From the NCBI GenBank assembly GCA_904063045.1, contig CAJFCJ010000025.1:186001-250000 (forward strand): a DNA stretch of 64,000 nucleotides, read 5' to 3'. Below, one piece after another: positions 12,439 to 26,454 of the stretch. Position numbers and translations under genes: made by a program. Origin of the DNA: Dimorphilus gyrociliatus. Lineage: Eukaryota > Animalia > Annelida. The notes under the pieces were generated by a model. It was not told the origin of the DNA and did not search any database. It saw only the letters and a list, made by a program, of their open reading frames with translations. How positions within the stretch are numbered: position 1 is the first letter of the stretch; every line of letters begins with the position of its first letter.

Positions 12439-15185
12439 TACCTAAAACTATATAAATAGATTGTAAAGTTATTCTACGTGTCCAAAAACTAGATAATAAA
12501 CGTTTGCTTATATATTATTTCATAAGGCATTATTTATAATATTTACTTAATTAATCGTTTAAAATCAATTGTTTTAATATCTACTATTAAAAAGGGATAA
12601 AAAGATACTATATACTATATATATATATATATATATATAAAGTATGTATAAAGTATAGGCTATATATATAGCTATTGACTTTCTTAATAAAGTGATTTAG
12701 ATTTTAGATAGAAAATTCTACAGATTCTAAAGATATCCAACAAAAAAAGAACTTTAATAATCCCTTTATAAAAAGGAGGTAATCTTCAATATCTTTGTAT
12801 TGGATAATAAAGTCTATTTGAATCGCGGGAGAAGTTTCGAGAGCTTCGACAGCTAGAAAATAAGTGGTTCCGGTTTTAATGTAACATAAAAGCTTATTTG
12901 TACTTTTTCTTTACCTTTGAAGGTACTTATTACGAAAGAGAGAAAATAAAGAGATCCGTCGCCTTTTTCCTTCTTCTTTCACTTCTCCTCCTCCTCCTCC
13001 GCCTCCGTCTCCTCCTCCTTTTGTAAAAATAACTCACTTTATATTTTCTCTATGATCTATCCTGAAAGGAAGAAATAATATCTTTTACCTGGTTTTATTT
13101 AGATATATACTACTGTTGTATTGCAGATTTGCAGAGCTCTTTAGATTGACAAAAAAAAGAATAATGGAGAGCTTAATGCGACTTTTTTAATCTATTAGAA
13201 TTGGCCTCTATTTAATAGCTTTAATAATCTATTTATGTTGAATTGTGTAGGCCGGGGGCTGTTTTGAATAGTTTTTAATCTAGTCCTAGTATTTACTAGT
13301 CGTAAATCACACAGATGTGCTGAGAGAGTCGGGCTATTTTCATTCAGGATTTATATTTATAAACATTATCATTGATACTATTCTTAATTTGTAAGTAAGA
13401 TTTCTTTACATAAATAAATAACTAATCTATAGTTTATATTCTGTATTATATATATATTTATGTATATATTTATTGACATATACAATAATATAATTGCTTA
13501 CTTGTCGGACAAAGAAATAAGAATCTTTCACTATAAATCATGATCGATTGATAGTAGAAAACGATCAAGTTCAATCGCTTAACAAACTTTTACAGATTTT
13601 TCTTTTCTATAATAATCTATTGTTTGTTAATTTATTAATAATAGAATATGCTTCAAACAAAAAAGTTAGTCTTAATAATCGTTTATAACTGAACAATAGA
13701 TAAAAAGGAAAAACAAAGAAAGAAAGAGAAATGAATTGATATTCATCTAGCTAACAACTGTTTTATCCATCAGATGGCAATAGCAGTCGCAAGTGATCGG
13801 AAATTAATTTTTAAGGTTGACTTAACAAAACGAATGTAGTGTATTTAGACATCAATTAGAGTCTGAAGAGAATGTAAATAGTTCACTATAGCTTTTAAGA
13901 TATTTTTCTATTGTTTATTAATTAATATTTACCGCTCTCTATATCGCTTTTAATCAGCATAAAAGGACAAGTGAAGCAAGAAGAAAAATTAATTACAAAG
14001 TATTTTTTACTACATTTTTTGAACTTTGACCTTAGACAGAGCGTCCTTTTTTATCTCCTAAAAAGCTTTGGACGTTAGGGTATGAAAGGTTATTCTAAGA
14101 ATTAGTAAACAAACTTTCTTTTTTTCTCTCTCTCTCTCTCTCTCTTTCTTTCTTTCAAGATTAGTAAATAATTAGCGCATAGCGAGTATTGGTAATACTT
14201 TTAATGGCAAAAAAGTTATTCTCTTTCAAGTACCAGTTTAATATTTAACCTATTAAATATTGTTCAATAGCGAAAGAAATAAATAGATAGATTTTTAGAT
14301 GCATAGACAGAAGAGGGGCGAGAGCGGACATAGACTAACAAAAAGAGATTTAATGAAGTCGGAATAATGTTCTAGCTGTGATGCTTTAGCTACTAGCAGA
14401 CAAAACGTTTTTTACGGCTTACAACACTAATACCTGTAGACTAATTGCAGTCTGTAATGACCATATCTATCAACTGCAAACACCGAATACAAAAGCCTTC
14501 CTTTAGAGTAGAAAGAGTTCTATTGTCGGCAGAATACAAAGCGAATTGCCTTGCGCGTTAAAAGTATGTATCAGGTACATTGTAATATAATAAATAAGCA
14601 TAGACTCGGTTCGATGAATCGAAAAAGACATGGATATAAGAACAATAAGAGCTGAGAAATAGTATATTATATAGGACTATGGAAGGAAAAACGAAATCGA
14701 TATGGAGTTTCATATCAATAATCAGTTCGTTTAGCGAAAGTCGTTAAGATTTTTTCCTGTTTGTCACATAACAGTACACTTATAAATAGCAGTTTATTTA
14801 GTAACAAATTCCATTTTTTTTTAAAGTCTATATAAGCTGTATATATAATAGATTGCTTATTCAACCTATAAAATAAAAGAACTGAAATAAAAGATGTCTT
14901 GTATAGATAGCAGTTTTAAGCCAATTATTTACTTTTTGTTTTCTTTTTTTTCGGTACATATTATAATAGGAAACGTTTGGTGATATTTTTTTCTGATTTA
15001 GAACAAAAATTAGGTGCACCTTTTTTTTTGACGCCCACGTGACTGCAAAAGTACATTTACCCGAGGCCACTTTTTGTTGGTAGCATTTGCCAGTTGCTTT
15101 TTGGTTTTTTTTTTCCTTCTTTTTTTTTACGATACTTTTCCTTTTTTATATCTTTTTCTGTCTATCAGTCTTTCTTCCTTCTTCA

Positions 15186-15223
<38 letters not shown>

Positions 15224-17661
15224 ACTCTTTAATTCTTTTCTTTTATCTTGATTTCTTTTCCTTCCCTAACTTCTTGACTATTTAATCTGTGTTTTTAAAA
15301 GGAACACTATCATGATTAACAATCTTTTGATATTTTCCTTTCTACTCTGCAAATTTTTTAAGTAAATCATCCAGTTTTTACCAATGGCTTAAATGGAAAT
15401 CAGACTATAATCTGGAACTACTTTAGAAGAAATTTTATACGAATAAGGGTTGCGTTTTATCCATTTCCGAAACTGAATTCTCTTTCACTCCTTCAATCTC
15501 TTTCACTTACGCCCTCTTTCTCTCTCTCTGCTCAAACTTTATGGCTGTTAATGATAATTTTTTCACGCTCATAAATACTGCCCTTGCACACACAATATGT
15601 ATATTATATATATAAATATATAAATATATATATATATATATATAGATATAGATATACATCCCCCTAAGATTTAACGTCTAAAGGAAAAGAGTACTAGAAT
15701 TTTTTTTCTTTTATAGTCATTTACTGTAGTTTCTGAGGAAAGGTACTTTTGCCTATCTTGACGTCATCTACATAGGATTTCGGCGTTGTCGTAGTCGTAT
15801 CATACAGAATGAGGTGTAAGTTGGAGACAAACTCGATGATTATTCATGGAAATAATTCAACTCAGCCATAAATAAAGCTGTAAATGATTTTCCTATAGCT
15901 TACGTAGCATATAGTATATATACTTTATATATGTCTGTGAAGCAGTTTACAATCAATCCTCCATATATATAGTAATTTCCGTATAATCCATAGATCTTTT
16001 AAAAATTATAGGCTTATTTAAAAAAAACTATTATTCCGTCAAGTGTACATTAGAAAAATAACTATATAAATACAAAAAAAGAACAGTAAAAGAAAAAGAG
16101 AAAGGAAGAAAGAAAAGGGAAAAAAAAGATTTTTTCCAGATCGTTTATCGATAGTGAAAGAGAAAAAATTGACATGACAGATAGATGGAAAAAAATATTC
16201 ATATTAAAATATTCATATAATTTTAATATTGTTTTAAGCCTATTTTATATTTATAAACAAATTTAAAAACAAAAATTTATAACCAGTAAAATAAAATAAA
16301 CAATAAGAATAATTGATAAATCGAATAGTTTACCTTGTGATTTAATATGAATACTATACTGTATATTATATATAGTATATAAAAAAAAATATGAATTTAT
16401 TTATGTTTTTCACGATAATTCTTGAAATTTGTTTAGATTAAAAATAATATAAAAAGAATTTATTACTTTCCAGATGCTATATTGTTTGTAAATAGAAAAA
16501 AAATATCGATAAAAAAAATAACTTTTTTTTTTTATAAAAAAAAAGTATTCAATTTTATTATCATTATGATTATTATTATTATAAATATATTTTACCTTCA
16601 TTTATACTGTAATTATTTTAACATTGATTAATTAATGTATATGGCTATTAATTTGGATAATTAGTCTAGAAAATATTATATAATAGAAAAATATATGGGT
16701 ACAGATAGAAAAGATGCGAGTAGAAGAGCGTTGAAAGAGTTGGAAGAGATAGAGAATTTCAATTAATACAATAATATACAATATTCATTCATTCATTCAT
16801 TTCTCCTCTTGTTTTTACTTTTAACAATAGCGTTGAATTTTGATATGGAAAAAATTGAAAAGTAGCATGTATTACAATTATTATTATTATCGTCATTATT
16901 TTCATTTTTTTGTTGCATTATTACTGCGATTATCATTGACTTTCTTTCTTTTATTGCGTGCGTGTGTGTGTGTCTATCGTTTCATTTTTTCCTTTTCTCC
17001 TTTCTTTCAATTTATTAAAACGGAAGAGAGAAAAGAAATTATTATGTATATAAAAAATATAAGGGTTATGGCGTTTTAATTATGACTTTTCCGGGTTATT
17101 TATTCCTATCAACATAAAAACAACTTCCAATAAATATCAGAAATATCAAAATATACCTAAACAGCCGCTAAATCCCTTGGGATTCACAAGCCGTTCCGGT
17201 AAAATATTACTGATATCTATTCCTTTCAAGCTTTTATGCATAACGTTTAACTAGGAACAGAGCGATAAATAGAGTGATATATTAGTAAAATAATGTATAC
17301 AGTATAATTTGTAGAATAAATTAATATTTAAACATAGAACATAGTAAATATCTTTATATTTAATGAACATGAAGTATCCAGATATAGTTTAGATTTTATA
17401 TAAATAATACGTATGTATTAAAGGTATACCTAGCAAAATTATTCTCCTTTCCAGCCGCTTACATTACACAATATATTCAAGTTCAAGTGCACTTTATAGT
17501 GTATTAATGATTGTACTTTCTTATACATATTCAATGAACATACGAGATTATTCTCACCATAGGAGCAACAACGCCGTCTACCGCACGGCCGACTGCAAAA
17601 TGTTGCAGTCGAGTAAAAGGGAGGGCGTGAAACTAAATGGCGCCTGATCACCTACCGTTCA

Positions 17662-18304
17662 ATGGCCTCGAAAAAATCACGCAATAACGGATCCCGGACG
17701 TCTTCGAATTGTCTTTTATCTTCCTTATTCAACATATTTTGTTCATTGCTACCATTTGGTTGTCTTATTGCCTTTTCTGGATACTTTATGTTGATCTGTA
17801 AAGCGGTAAGATATATCTTTTTTATTGTACGAGAGAGAGAGAGAGAAAAAAACTATCTAAGAGGGTTTATACATGAAAGGGTCATTTCAAGAATATACAA
17901 AATACTAACAGCTATATACATTTATAAATGAAACTTAATGGTTATAAATAGTAAGTAATAAATAAATAAAATCTTACACAGGTTAAATATATAATGTTTT
18001 TAAATCGCTTTATAAGCATTCAATATGTCGGAGAGACATATTTCCTTTTTGGCTTATCAAGATTACAAAAGAAATATTAAAACATCAAAGAGTATGCACT
18101 AGAAACATCTGGCTCAACTTAGAAGTGCTTTTCCGGACGCGTCGGGTGTATTAGGAATAATGTTTGATCACATTAATTATTGATCTGAGGGTCTGACGTA
18201 TTAATTAGTTCATTGACAATTTATTAATCAGAATCATAGTCAATGTAGATCAATTCCAACACGGATTTAGTTAATACAGGTAGTGTGTGTGCGTATGTGT
18301 ATAC

Positions 18305-18371
<67 letters not shown>

Positions 18372-21300
18372 TGAGAGGTTTTTTATCCTCTCTAAATTTC
18401 TTAATTGTCGGATTTTCAAAGAAATTAGGAAGGAGAAAGAGGAAATAAATACAATACTGAATTCTTTCATCTTAATTGGTCTTTTCCTTTTTAATTATCT
18501 TTTTTTTCAAATGTAATTTAAGTTCAATAAAGATATATCAAATTTTAATTGAAATACAAAGAACAAAAAATCATTCGTACTAGACAAGAATCCATTAAAT
18601 GGTAATTATTCATAAGGTGTCATGTACTAATGCAAAGATCTATATTGAAAGTTTGCAATAAAATATACGCTTAAAACAATACTTTATGACAAACATTTTG
18701 GCTATATAAATATTATCTAGAAATAATTCAATGAATATTATTTTAGCAAACAGAAAGCGTAAAAAAAAATGAAAAAAAAAGAGCAAGGCAATCCGTTCAC
18801 TCTTCCCTCTTCTCCTCTTTTCCTTCTTTTCTCTTTATATACAGTATAAAAGTATATATAAATATAGTATATCCACTATATATATATATCTCTCTCGCTC
18901 TTCATATATCTCTACTTTCCGCTTTTGTTCCTTCCTTCCTTCTTCGCCCAATTAAATAACTCTTTCTTGTTTTTTCTATAACCTAAAGCGATTGAAAACC
19001 TGAATATACGTATGGTAAAATTCTATCATATATTACATCTAACATATACCAATATATCACTAAACTAACAGCTGATATCTTCCTTTTTTTTTTCAACAGC
19101 TGTATTTTCAAATAAAATTTACTTAATTGACTGAATCTAATTGGGATAATTTATAGCCCATAAAAAATTATTTAAAAACAAACTTTCCACTAAATATCTA
19201 TAATACCAGTTATATTAATAATTATTGTAAAATATTCAGTGGGTGGTGCTTTATCTATTCTCTATTGTTTTCTTCTTCTTTAGGTGTAGGTATTAAGTGG
19301 GGGTGGTAACTTTAATATTTCATAGAGCATACGCAGAGTAACTGATATTTAATGTTCTTCATTCCTTTTTTAAACCTGTCATCTATTTATTCCTTTACTT
19401 GATCTTCCGGCGAAACTTTATCCTTTTTCGAATGAGAAAAGAGAAAAAGAGGAGAATAGAGGGGAGAGGGTTACTAATAGATTTTCAAGCCTTATTTATT
19501 ACCAGGTACAATCCATACTCTGAAGCGGAAATAAACGAGTCATTTAAACTTTACCCTAAACCTTTACTCCCCTTATTTTCTATGTATTGATATATTACGC
19601 TTTCTCCTAAATGTGGAAGTAAACTAAATTCAATCCGTAACCCGTGCATTTCCCCTTTAATCGATTTCTTGATATCTTTACTCTTTCCCTTCCCCTGCCC
19701 CCCTCCCCCCTTTTTATATATTCTACAACCCATCATTATTGTTGCAGGACTGGCAAAAGGCGGAGGTTGAGAGAGACCTGCTTAAAAAGCATATATTTCG
19801 AATCGGTCGGCTAGTAATCGATTTTAACATCGAAAGAGGTTTGTACATTTCTTAATAGATTGCGATAGTATTACCAAAGAAACAAAAGTGTGAAACTCAA
19901 ATCTTCAGCGTCGATGTATCGGGTTTGTCAGTTGGAATTAATTCGATTTGCAATCGCCTTGGTACAGTAAATGTTTAAAAGAATATTATGCATACATCGG
20001 TTTTGCGTTCCGGTTGAGAGAGGGGGAGATTGGTAATAGAAGGGGAATGATTGATGTTAAGCGGGTTGTCGGTCCTCACTCCCTCCCCTTGCCTTTTCCT
20101 TTTCTTAAACCTCTTCTCCATCCTCCCGATCTCCTTTCTATTGAAACTGAATGTTTGTCTCAAAAGTAGGGATTAGATAGAACTAAGTCTGATATGAGAA
20201 CAAACTCTCTAGATGACTGTAGCGCAATTGTTGGATTACCGAAGAAAGGGCATTAAGGGCGATAAAACATAACGAGAGACGCTTTTCCGTCAATCGTAAA
20301 TGTTCGATATAACACAGTAGGGTATAAGGAATGTAAATTATGATCTATTTTACGTAGTTGACTATCATAGGAATAAGAGAAGTAAGGAAAGAATGTTTCT
20401 AGACAGGATATTTAGTTTCTGTCATTATTATTTCTTATATAAAACAAGAAGGAAAAAATCACTAATTATTATTTTAATATCATTATACCAAAAAGTATTA
20501 ATAAATATTCAATAAACAATCCATTTAACTCGTTAAAAGACAATAAAACTAAACCCCCTTTTAACGTGCTTAATAACAATAGAACAATGAAGAGAGAGGC
20601 TTTATTTCAAATCCTACTTTTTCGCTCAATCTATCTTCGACAAATGTAAATCATATGCAAATTAGCTGTTGTGAAAAAAATACGAAATATGACAGCTAGT
20701 TAATTGTTTTACCATTACTTTTATTAAGAGGATAGACAGTATGAGGAGGGAGATCAGCAAAGAAGATATAATATTTAAATATACCTATATACAGTAGATA
20801 TGTGCACAATGCAATTATCATTTTTTTAAATGAACAATCTTCTACAAGCAAACGAATTTAATCTAATTAAATTAAATAGTATATATCTGGCAGTAATGGA
20901 ATTTCATCAATATACATAGTATACTAGAAAAGATAGTAATTACGTTATCCATGTCACAATTAATCTAATTCGATTATTGCCTCTCTTGTTTTCTATTTCT
21001 ATTTTATTCCCATTCATAAAAATAATCCTTCTCAAGTTGAAAAGGAGAGATGAGAAAGATAAAAGAAAAATTATCATTCAATTAATACAATAAGTAAAAC
21101 AATTATAAATTATAACAAATCCGATTAGTTGTATTTCTTTCTATCTTCTTTTCATCCTCATTTAATATATTTAAATTTATGCATATTTATAATTTTTATC
21201 TTTAAAACATTGATAAAACCTCGTACAAATGTATGTAAACAATTTAAGCAATCGTAGTAAGTAAATTCTCTTTGAAAAAAAAGAGGAAAATATTTCAGTT

Positions 21301-23142
21301 TGCACACGTTAATGGCTTTGCTTCATCGCCCCGAGTGATTGCATGAAAACTTTCTAAATAAAGGGAAATTCGCGCAGGTGGCGGTAAAAAAGTATCTATG
21401 TCCTAAATGCCAAACCGATTTATTACTATTTTATAACGTTTGGTTGCTTTTTTCATATATTATAAACTTATTACGTAAAAAGATTAATAGGAATATATTA
21501 GATCGGAGAGAAATCGAAAAAAAATACTGCCTCTATTCAAAAGAGATTAATCTAAGCATAGCGTATGGTAACTAGGATGGAAGTAGTGTGAGAGATTGAG
21601 TGAGTGAGGGAGTAAATGAGCGAGAAAAGAGAGAGAGAGAGAGAGAGAGAGAGAAGAAAAAAGAGGCAAGAAAATTAATTAAGTGTTATATTAGTAAACT
21701 ATACTGACGGATTATAATTATCAAGTTAAGATTGATTTTATAAAGAGCATTTATATATTAATATATATATTCAATCTCTTGGATATAGAAATATTTTCAT
21801 ATATATATAGGAAATATCTGTATATCCATTTGTTTTCATATGAAGAAACGTTCTTCGTCTTGAAAATATCTTGTTAGATTGTTGACCTATTCGACTGGTC
21901 TAAAAATAGTTTGAAGATGATAAATGATCTGAAACTAGACGAAAAACATAACAGTAGCAACGCTGTCAATGACAAATGATTGACAATCAAAAGAGGAGTT
22001 TAATCAGTGGGACTTATTACAATACTGCCAAAATTATGTCATAATTTTGTCCGCTTTTCTCCCAATTCCATTATTTATTAGTAGTTTTTATATGATATTT
22101 ATAAACATAATATCGAAAATTTTCCTCATTTTAATAAATATTAAAAACACGTGTTAATTAATAAATGAATATGATATACAACTAAATCTTATATCGTAAA
22201 TATTATGATGTTCATGATACTTAAATATCTCTATTCATACTATGTGAAGTTTTTAGTAGGGTATATATTTTACATTAGACAAAATACCATCATTCCTATT
22301 TATAAACTGCTAAGAGCAGCTAAGGAGACAGATAACATTCGCTTTGAAATACATTTTTTGAACCTGAATATTTGACGGACACGTAAATTTGCTTAACCAA
22401 GTAAAGGAAATAAATCGAATTTATGCTTCTTGTCTGGATGCTTCCATAATGCATTTTTATCTTCAACGCCATCTGTGAGAATTTCAATATATAGATATAA
22501 ATAAAATGTAATAATACACATTTTCGTTCTCAGCTATTGATTTAAAAAGATATATTTTCATCTATTAGTTATGGAATATACAATTTCAAAATTAACGCCT
22601 CCTTTCTGCTTAAAGCACATATATATAATATATATTTATATCTCTATATATCTAAATATATAAACCTTATGGACCGTATCTTTTTCTTTAATACTTATGA
22701 TTTTACTGTGGGAATTCCAGCCCAAAAAATACTACTCAAGAGAATCATATTAGATATCCTTTAGAAAGTGCAACTGTAAGCTTATCTTTCTATTCGCCTT
22801 TAATTTATTAAATTTGAGAGAAATTTTTTATTAAAAAAAAAGTTAATGGCTTTAAATTACATAATTATAAGACATATGTCATAAATTTAACCTTTAGTTT
22901 GCTATTTCTTACCTTTAAAGTTTGCAAAGTTTGCTATTTTATTATATAGCTATCATTATTTTATTGAAGTCCTCATTTCTTTTTTCTTTAAATTATAACA
23001 AATAAGCTTATTATAAAATATTAGCTATATATCTCATTCCCTTCTACTGGCTCTCTTTTCTCTCTCCCTTCTTTTATTCATTTTCTTTGCTCATCTCCTA
23101 TATATTTATATCTAGCTTTGTTTTGCCATCTATCCCCGGTGG

Positions 23143-23197
<55 letters not shown>

Positions 23198-23902
23198 CCT
23201 TACTTAAAAATAATAATACTTCAAGAAAACTTTAAGTGCTCACTAATTAATTAATTCGGAGGTACTCAAAGAAGAGATTAGAAATATTTAGAATAGGCTT
23301 ATACTTATCATTTATACGTAACTTTGAAAAATAGAATTACGATAATAAATCTTTCGATTAAAACAATTAATTCAGTCAAAAATTAACCGCTGGGGTAATA
23401 GACTATCTAACGAGACTAAAGCGTTTATTATTCAATGCAAGTAGGCTGACACGCCCTGGTACTTTTGTAGGCAATGCTCGTCCTGACGTTCTAATAAACG
23501 GCTTTCGATTTTCTTCCTCGTATTTTCTTTGAATATTCCAAGCGTATTCAACTTATGTAAACGCTAAAACATAAAAAGGAAGAATGTTTATTTTATCTTG
23601 TCACCCAGAAGATATTCTATTGCTGCATGAAACATCGAAATAAATAATAAGTCTATAAATAAATGATCATTTACTTGTATATATGAATTTTTACAGATAT
23701 ACAAACACCCTAACTTATAATCTTATTCTCTCTACCCTGAATAACCTTCTCACCCTCGAACAACCTTTACATTCCCTTTTCTCTCTCGCTCTCTCAACCT
23801 CACTTATTTGCAGTTGAATTTTACTGTCATTTGCTTTCTCTCTCTCTCTCTCTTTCTATTTTCTTCCAGTTTGCTTCATTTTTCCTATGTGGCCCTCTAT
23901 TA

Positions 23903-23939
<37 letters not shown>

Positions 23940-25938
23940 TCTCTCTCTCCCTCTCTCTCTCTCTGTCCTTGCTCTCTCTCTATCTGCCTTTCGCTCTCCC
24001 ATCTGAATTTACATAATTCGTAACAGCCGGCGGCGCGATTTCGAATTTATTAAATACAATATTTTTAGCATTTGGTACAGTTTTTTTTTTGTTTTTTCCT
24101 CCTTACAGAAGAGACGCTACTTTTTATTACCTCTAGGGAATTGGAATCTCAGCAACGTCTTAAACACTCAATGATGGATTTTAGGAGTGTAGTTGATAGG
24201 AATATAGAAGAACTTGAATTCTGGCCAGGTTTAGAAAGTGATGGGCGAATGTTTAAAAATTATCAACTATTTGCAGCAGTTTTAAATAAGCATAGAAGCG
24301 AACTGAAGCCTGGAAAGAATTTTGTCGATGAAACTCAGTTTTACATGAATATTTTAGATACACTATTTGCATGGATTCATCGAGAGATGAGTTTATTCGA
24401 CGAAGATGACTGGCGGCATCTGCAGGCCTACGGTTATCTGATTGCTGCCATCAATTTTATCGGAGCTGAACAGGCAAGGCTGAATTAAAAAGATTCAAAT
24501 AAGTTATACTATATTACAAATTCTGAGTATCCGTCCCTAGAGAGGATATATACAACTGTTCATTCGTTAAAGGGAATACTAATTTAAATTGTATTATTCA
24601 TGAGTATTGCTCCAAAGCTAAAATTTTAAAAACGTTATTACCAATCCTAGCTGAACTCTGAGGGATTTTTCAGGATAAAAATAATGACTATTTTTAAGTA
24701 AATTATGTAACTGCTATTGCTATAAAAGAGAGCATTGCATACAAAATGAAGTCTATAGTATATCATGTATACATATGTAAGTTTATACTATGTATAATAG
24801 ATATGTATACATATACAGCTACTATATTAAGAGCTTACCTTACAAAACTCTATGTCCAAGTCTCTATAACCTAACAATAGAAATTAATTCAAAAGAAAAT
24901 ATACATTTTCAGAGAACTATTCAACGTAACCGTAGAATAGTCTGATAAAACGTAAGTTAGATTCATTACAGTAACAGATTCAGGGGATAAGATGATGTTC
25001 TTATTTCACATTGTTGCAATATTCATCTATTTGTAGTATCTGCTTAAATAAACTAAAAAAAAACGTGTAGTTTATTTTTTCATACGTCAAAGAATAGGAG
25101 AGTAACTCATGATAAATTCAATACTAAAATAACTCATTTATCAGGCTTGTCACGTTACCTAACAATCGCATATTAATTTATTCATAGTATTAAAATATAT
25201 CAAATTTATATGATGTTTATATACTATATATACAGTATATATATATATATATACAAGTACATTATATATATTTTTAATTTAACCTTGCCTCATTGGGGTT
25301 ATTTTTGACAAAAAAAGGCTCTTTGTTCCGTTTTCAACACTATTGTGTGCTTCAGCCACAAAGAAACATTTTATTATACTAACTTATCATTCACTGGAGA
25401 GAATATTTATAGGCTCTACAGGCAATCTTATCCGGAAACATTTATGAAAAGTTCCAGTTGGAGATCAGCTAACCATAAGAACTTCTTTCCAGAATTGAGC
25501 GTTTGCAGGAAGGAAATCATAGCTGGTTTGGATTTTCAGACTAGTGATAGCAGAGAATGTTCTCTGAGTAGAAAAAACGAAACCCGCTTCGAAGAGATCA
25601 ACATTTTATTGGATGAATATCGAGCATTAACCGGAACGCTTAACGGTCGAATACAACGAAAATTAGACGCTAGAACGCGACAATTTGTTGTTAGCTTGAT
25701 AATACTTTGCGTTTCTGCGACTTATTCTTTGATAGGTCTCTCTTGTAAGTGCTTTTGCTGTTGGAGAAAACGAAAGAGTACACCGAAGAAAAAGGAAAAG
25801 CCAAAAGTTCGATTCGAAGAAAATAACCATAAATTTTACGATTCAACGTTACCGTTAACGAATTTACAAGACAATGTTCTAATAGAAGAAAATCACGTTA
25901 ATGAAAGATTTCATACTATCAAAGTAGCTACAGTTTAA
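17662..25938 (+). CDS. Two-TM NIT (nitrate/nitrite-sensing)-domain membrane protein lacking a guanylyl cyclase domain (~406 aa; exons 17662-17805, 19748-19838, 24109-24473, 25318-25938)
   Basis: Exon phases 0, 1, 0 are consistent. The product has an N-terminal TM (CLLSSLF..YFMLIC), then IGRLVIDFNIERE-ETLLFITS, VDRNIEELEFWP, LNKHR..ETQFYMNILDTLFAWI, WRHLQAYGYLI..GAEQ/ALCSVF and CRKEII..FEEINILLDEY..L..I..L. These match the invertebrate NIT-GC ectodomain consensus as I recall it. A second TM and a ~60-aa tail follow. Intron 3 requires a GC donor. Confidence 0.75.
18300..18367. repeat. Compound (TA)n(TG)n(GA)n microsatellite in NIT-gene intron 1
   Basis: Read directly; boundaries approximate. 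Confidence 0.9.
23157..23190. repeat. (CT)n microsatellite
   Basis: Read directly; boundaries approximate. Confidence 0.9.
23896..23980. repeat. Long interrupted (CT)n polypyrimidine tract upstream of NIT exon 3
   Basis: Read directly; boundaries approximate. Confidence 0.9.
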
Positions 25939-26454
25939 AAAGTAATATGTTCTTTTTTAACTCTTTTGTTAATATTTCCACTTTTGCCGTTAATTACTTA
26001 AAAATTTGAATACTACTGCTAATAATGCAACTACAACTTATTCATTTTCTCTTTCTTTCCACCGTTATCATGAAGATAGATTTAACTTATCCTGTTTCTT
26101 TATCAAAATTGTTGGATAAGAAGCTCTCTCTTTCTTATATTTTTTTATTATCAATACGGCAAACTGTAAAAGATAAAAAAAGATACTGTAAATGTTTGTA
26201 TACTATACAGTAAACTTCTACTGTATATATCTATATACTATATTGTAAGTATATTACGTAATGTTTCTCTATTGTTTCATATAAATATGAAAGTAAATGA
26301 TGTTATTTTAAAATGAAGGAATACAGGATTGTAAAGTTTATTATGAACCAAAAATAAAATCACAATAAAACCCTATATATTATAATTATAGATTATTTGT
26401 AACTTTTGCTTTTTATATTAAAAAAAAAGAGAAAAATAATTTCTTTTTCCTCAA

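Noticed and set aside
23376-23440. Candidate extra NIT exon (SKINRWGNRLSNETKAFIIQCK)
   Set aside because: 19748-19838 spliced to 24109 supplies the IG.LV..NIER motif with correct phases, so this exon is not needed.
24072-25938. Treating track ORFs 24072-24488 and 25345-25938 as two separate genes
   Set aside because: Neither has a credible start, and they encode consecutive parts of one NIT domain joined by a GC-AG intron.
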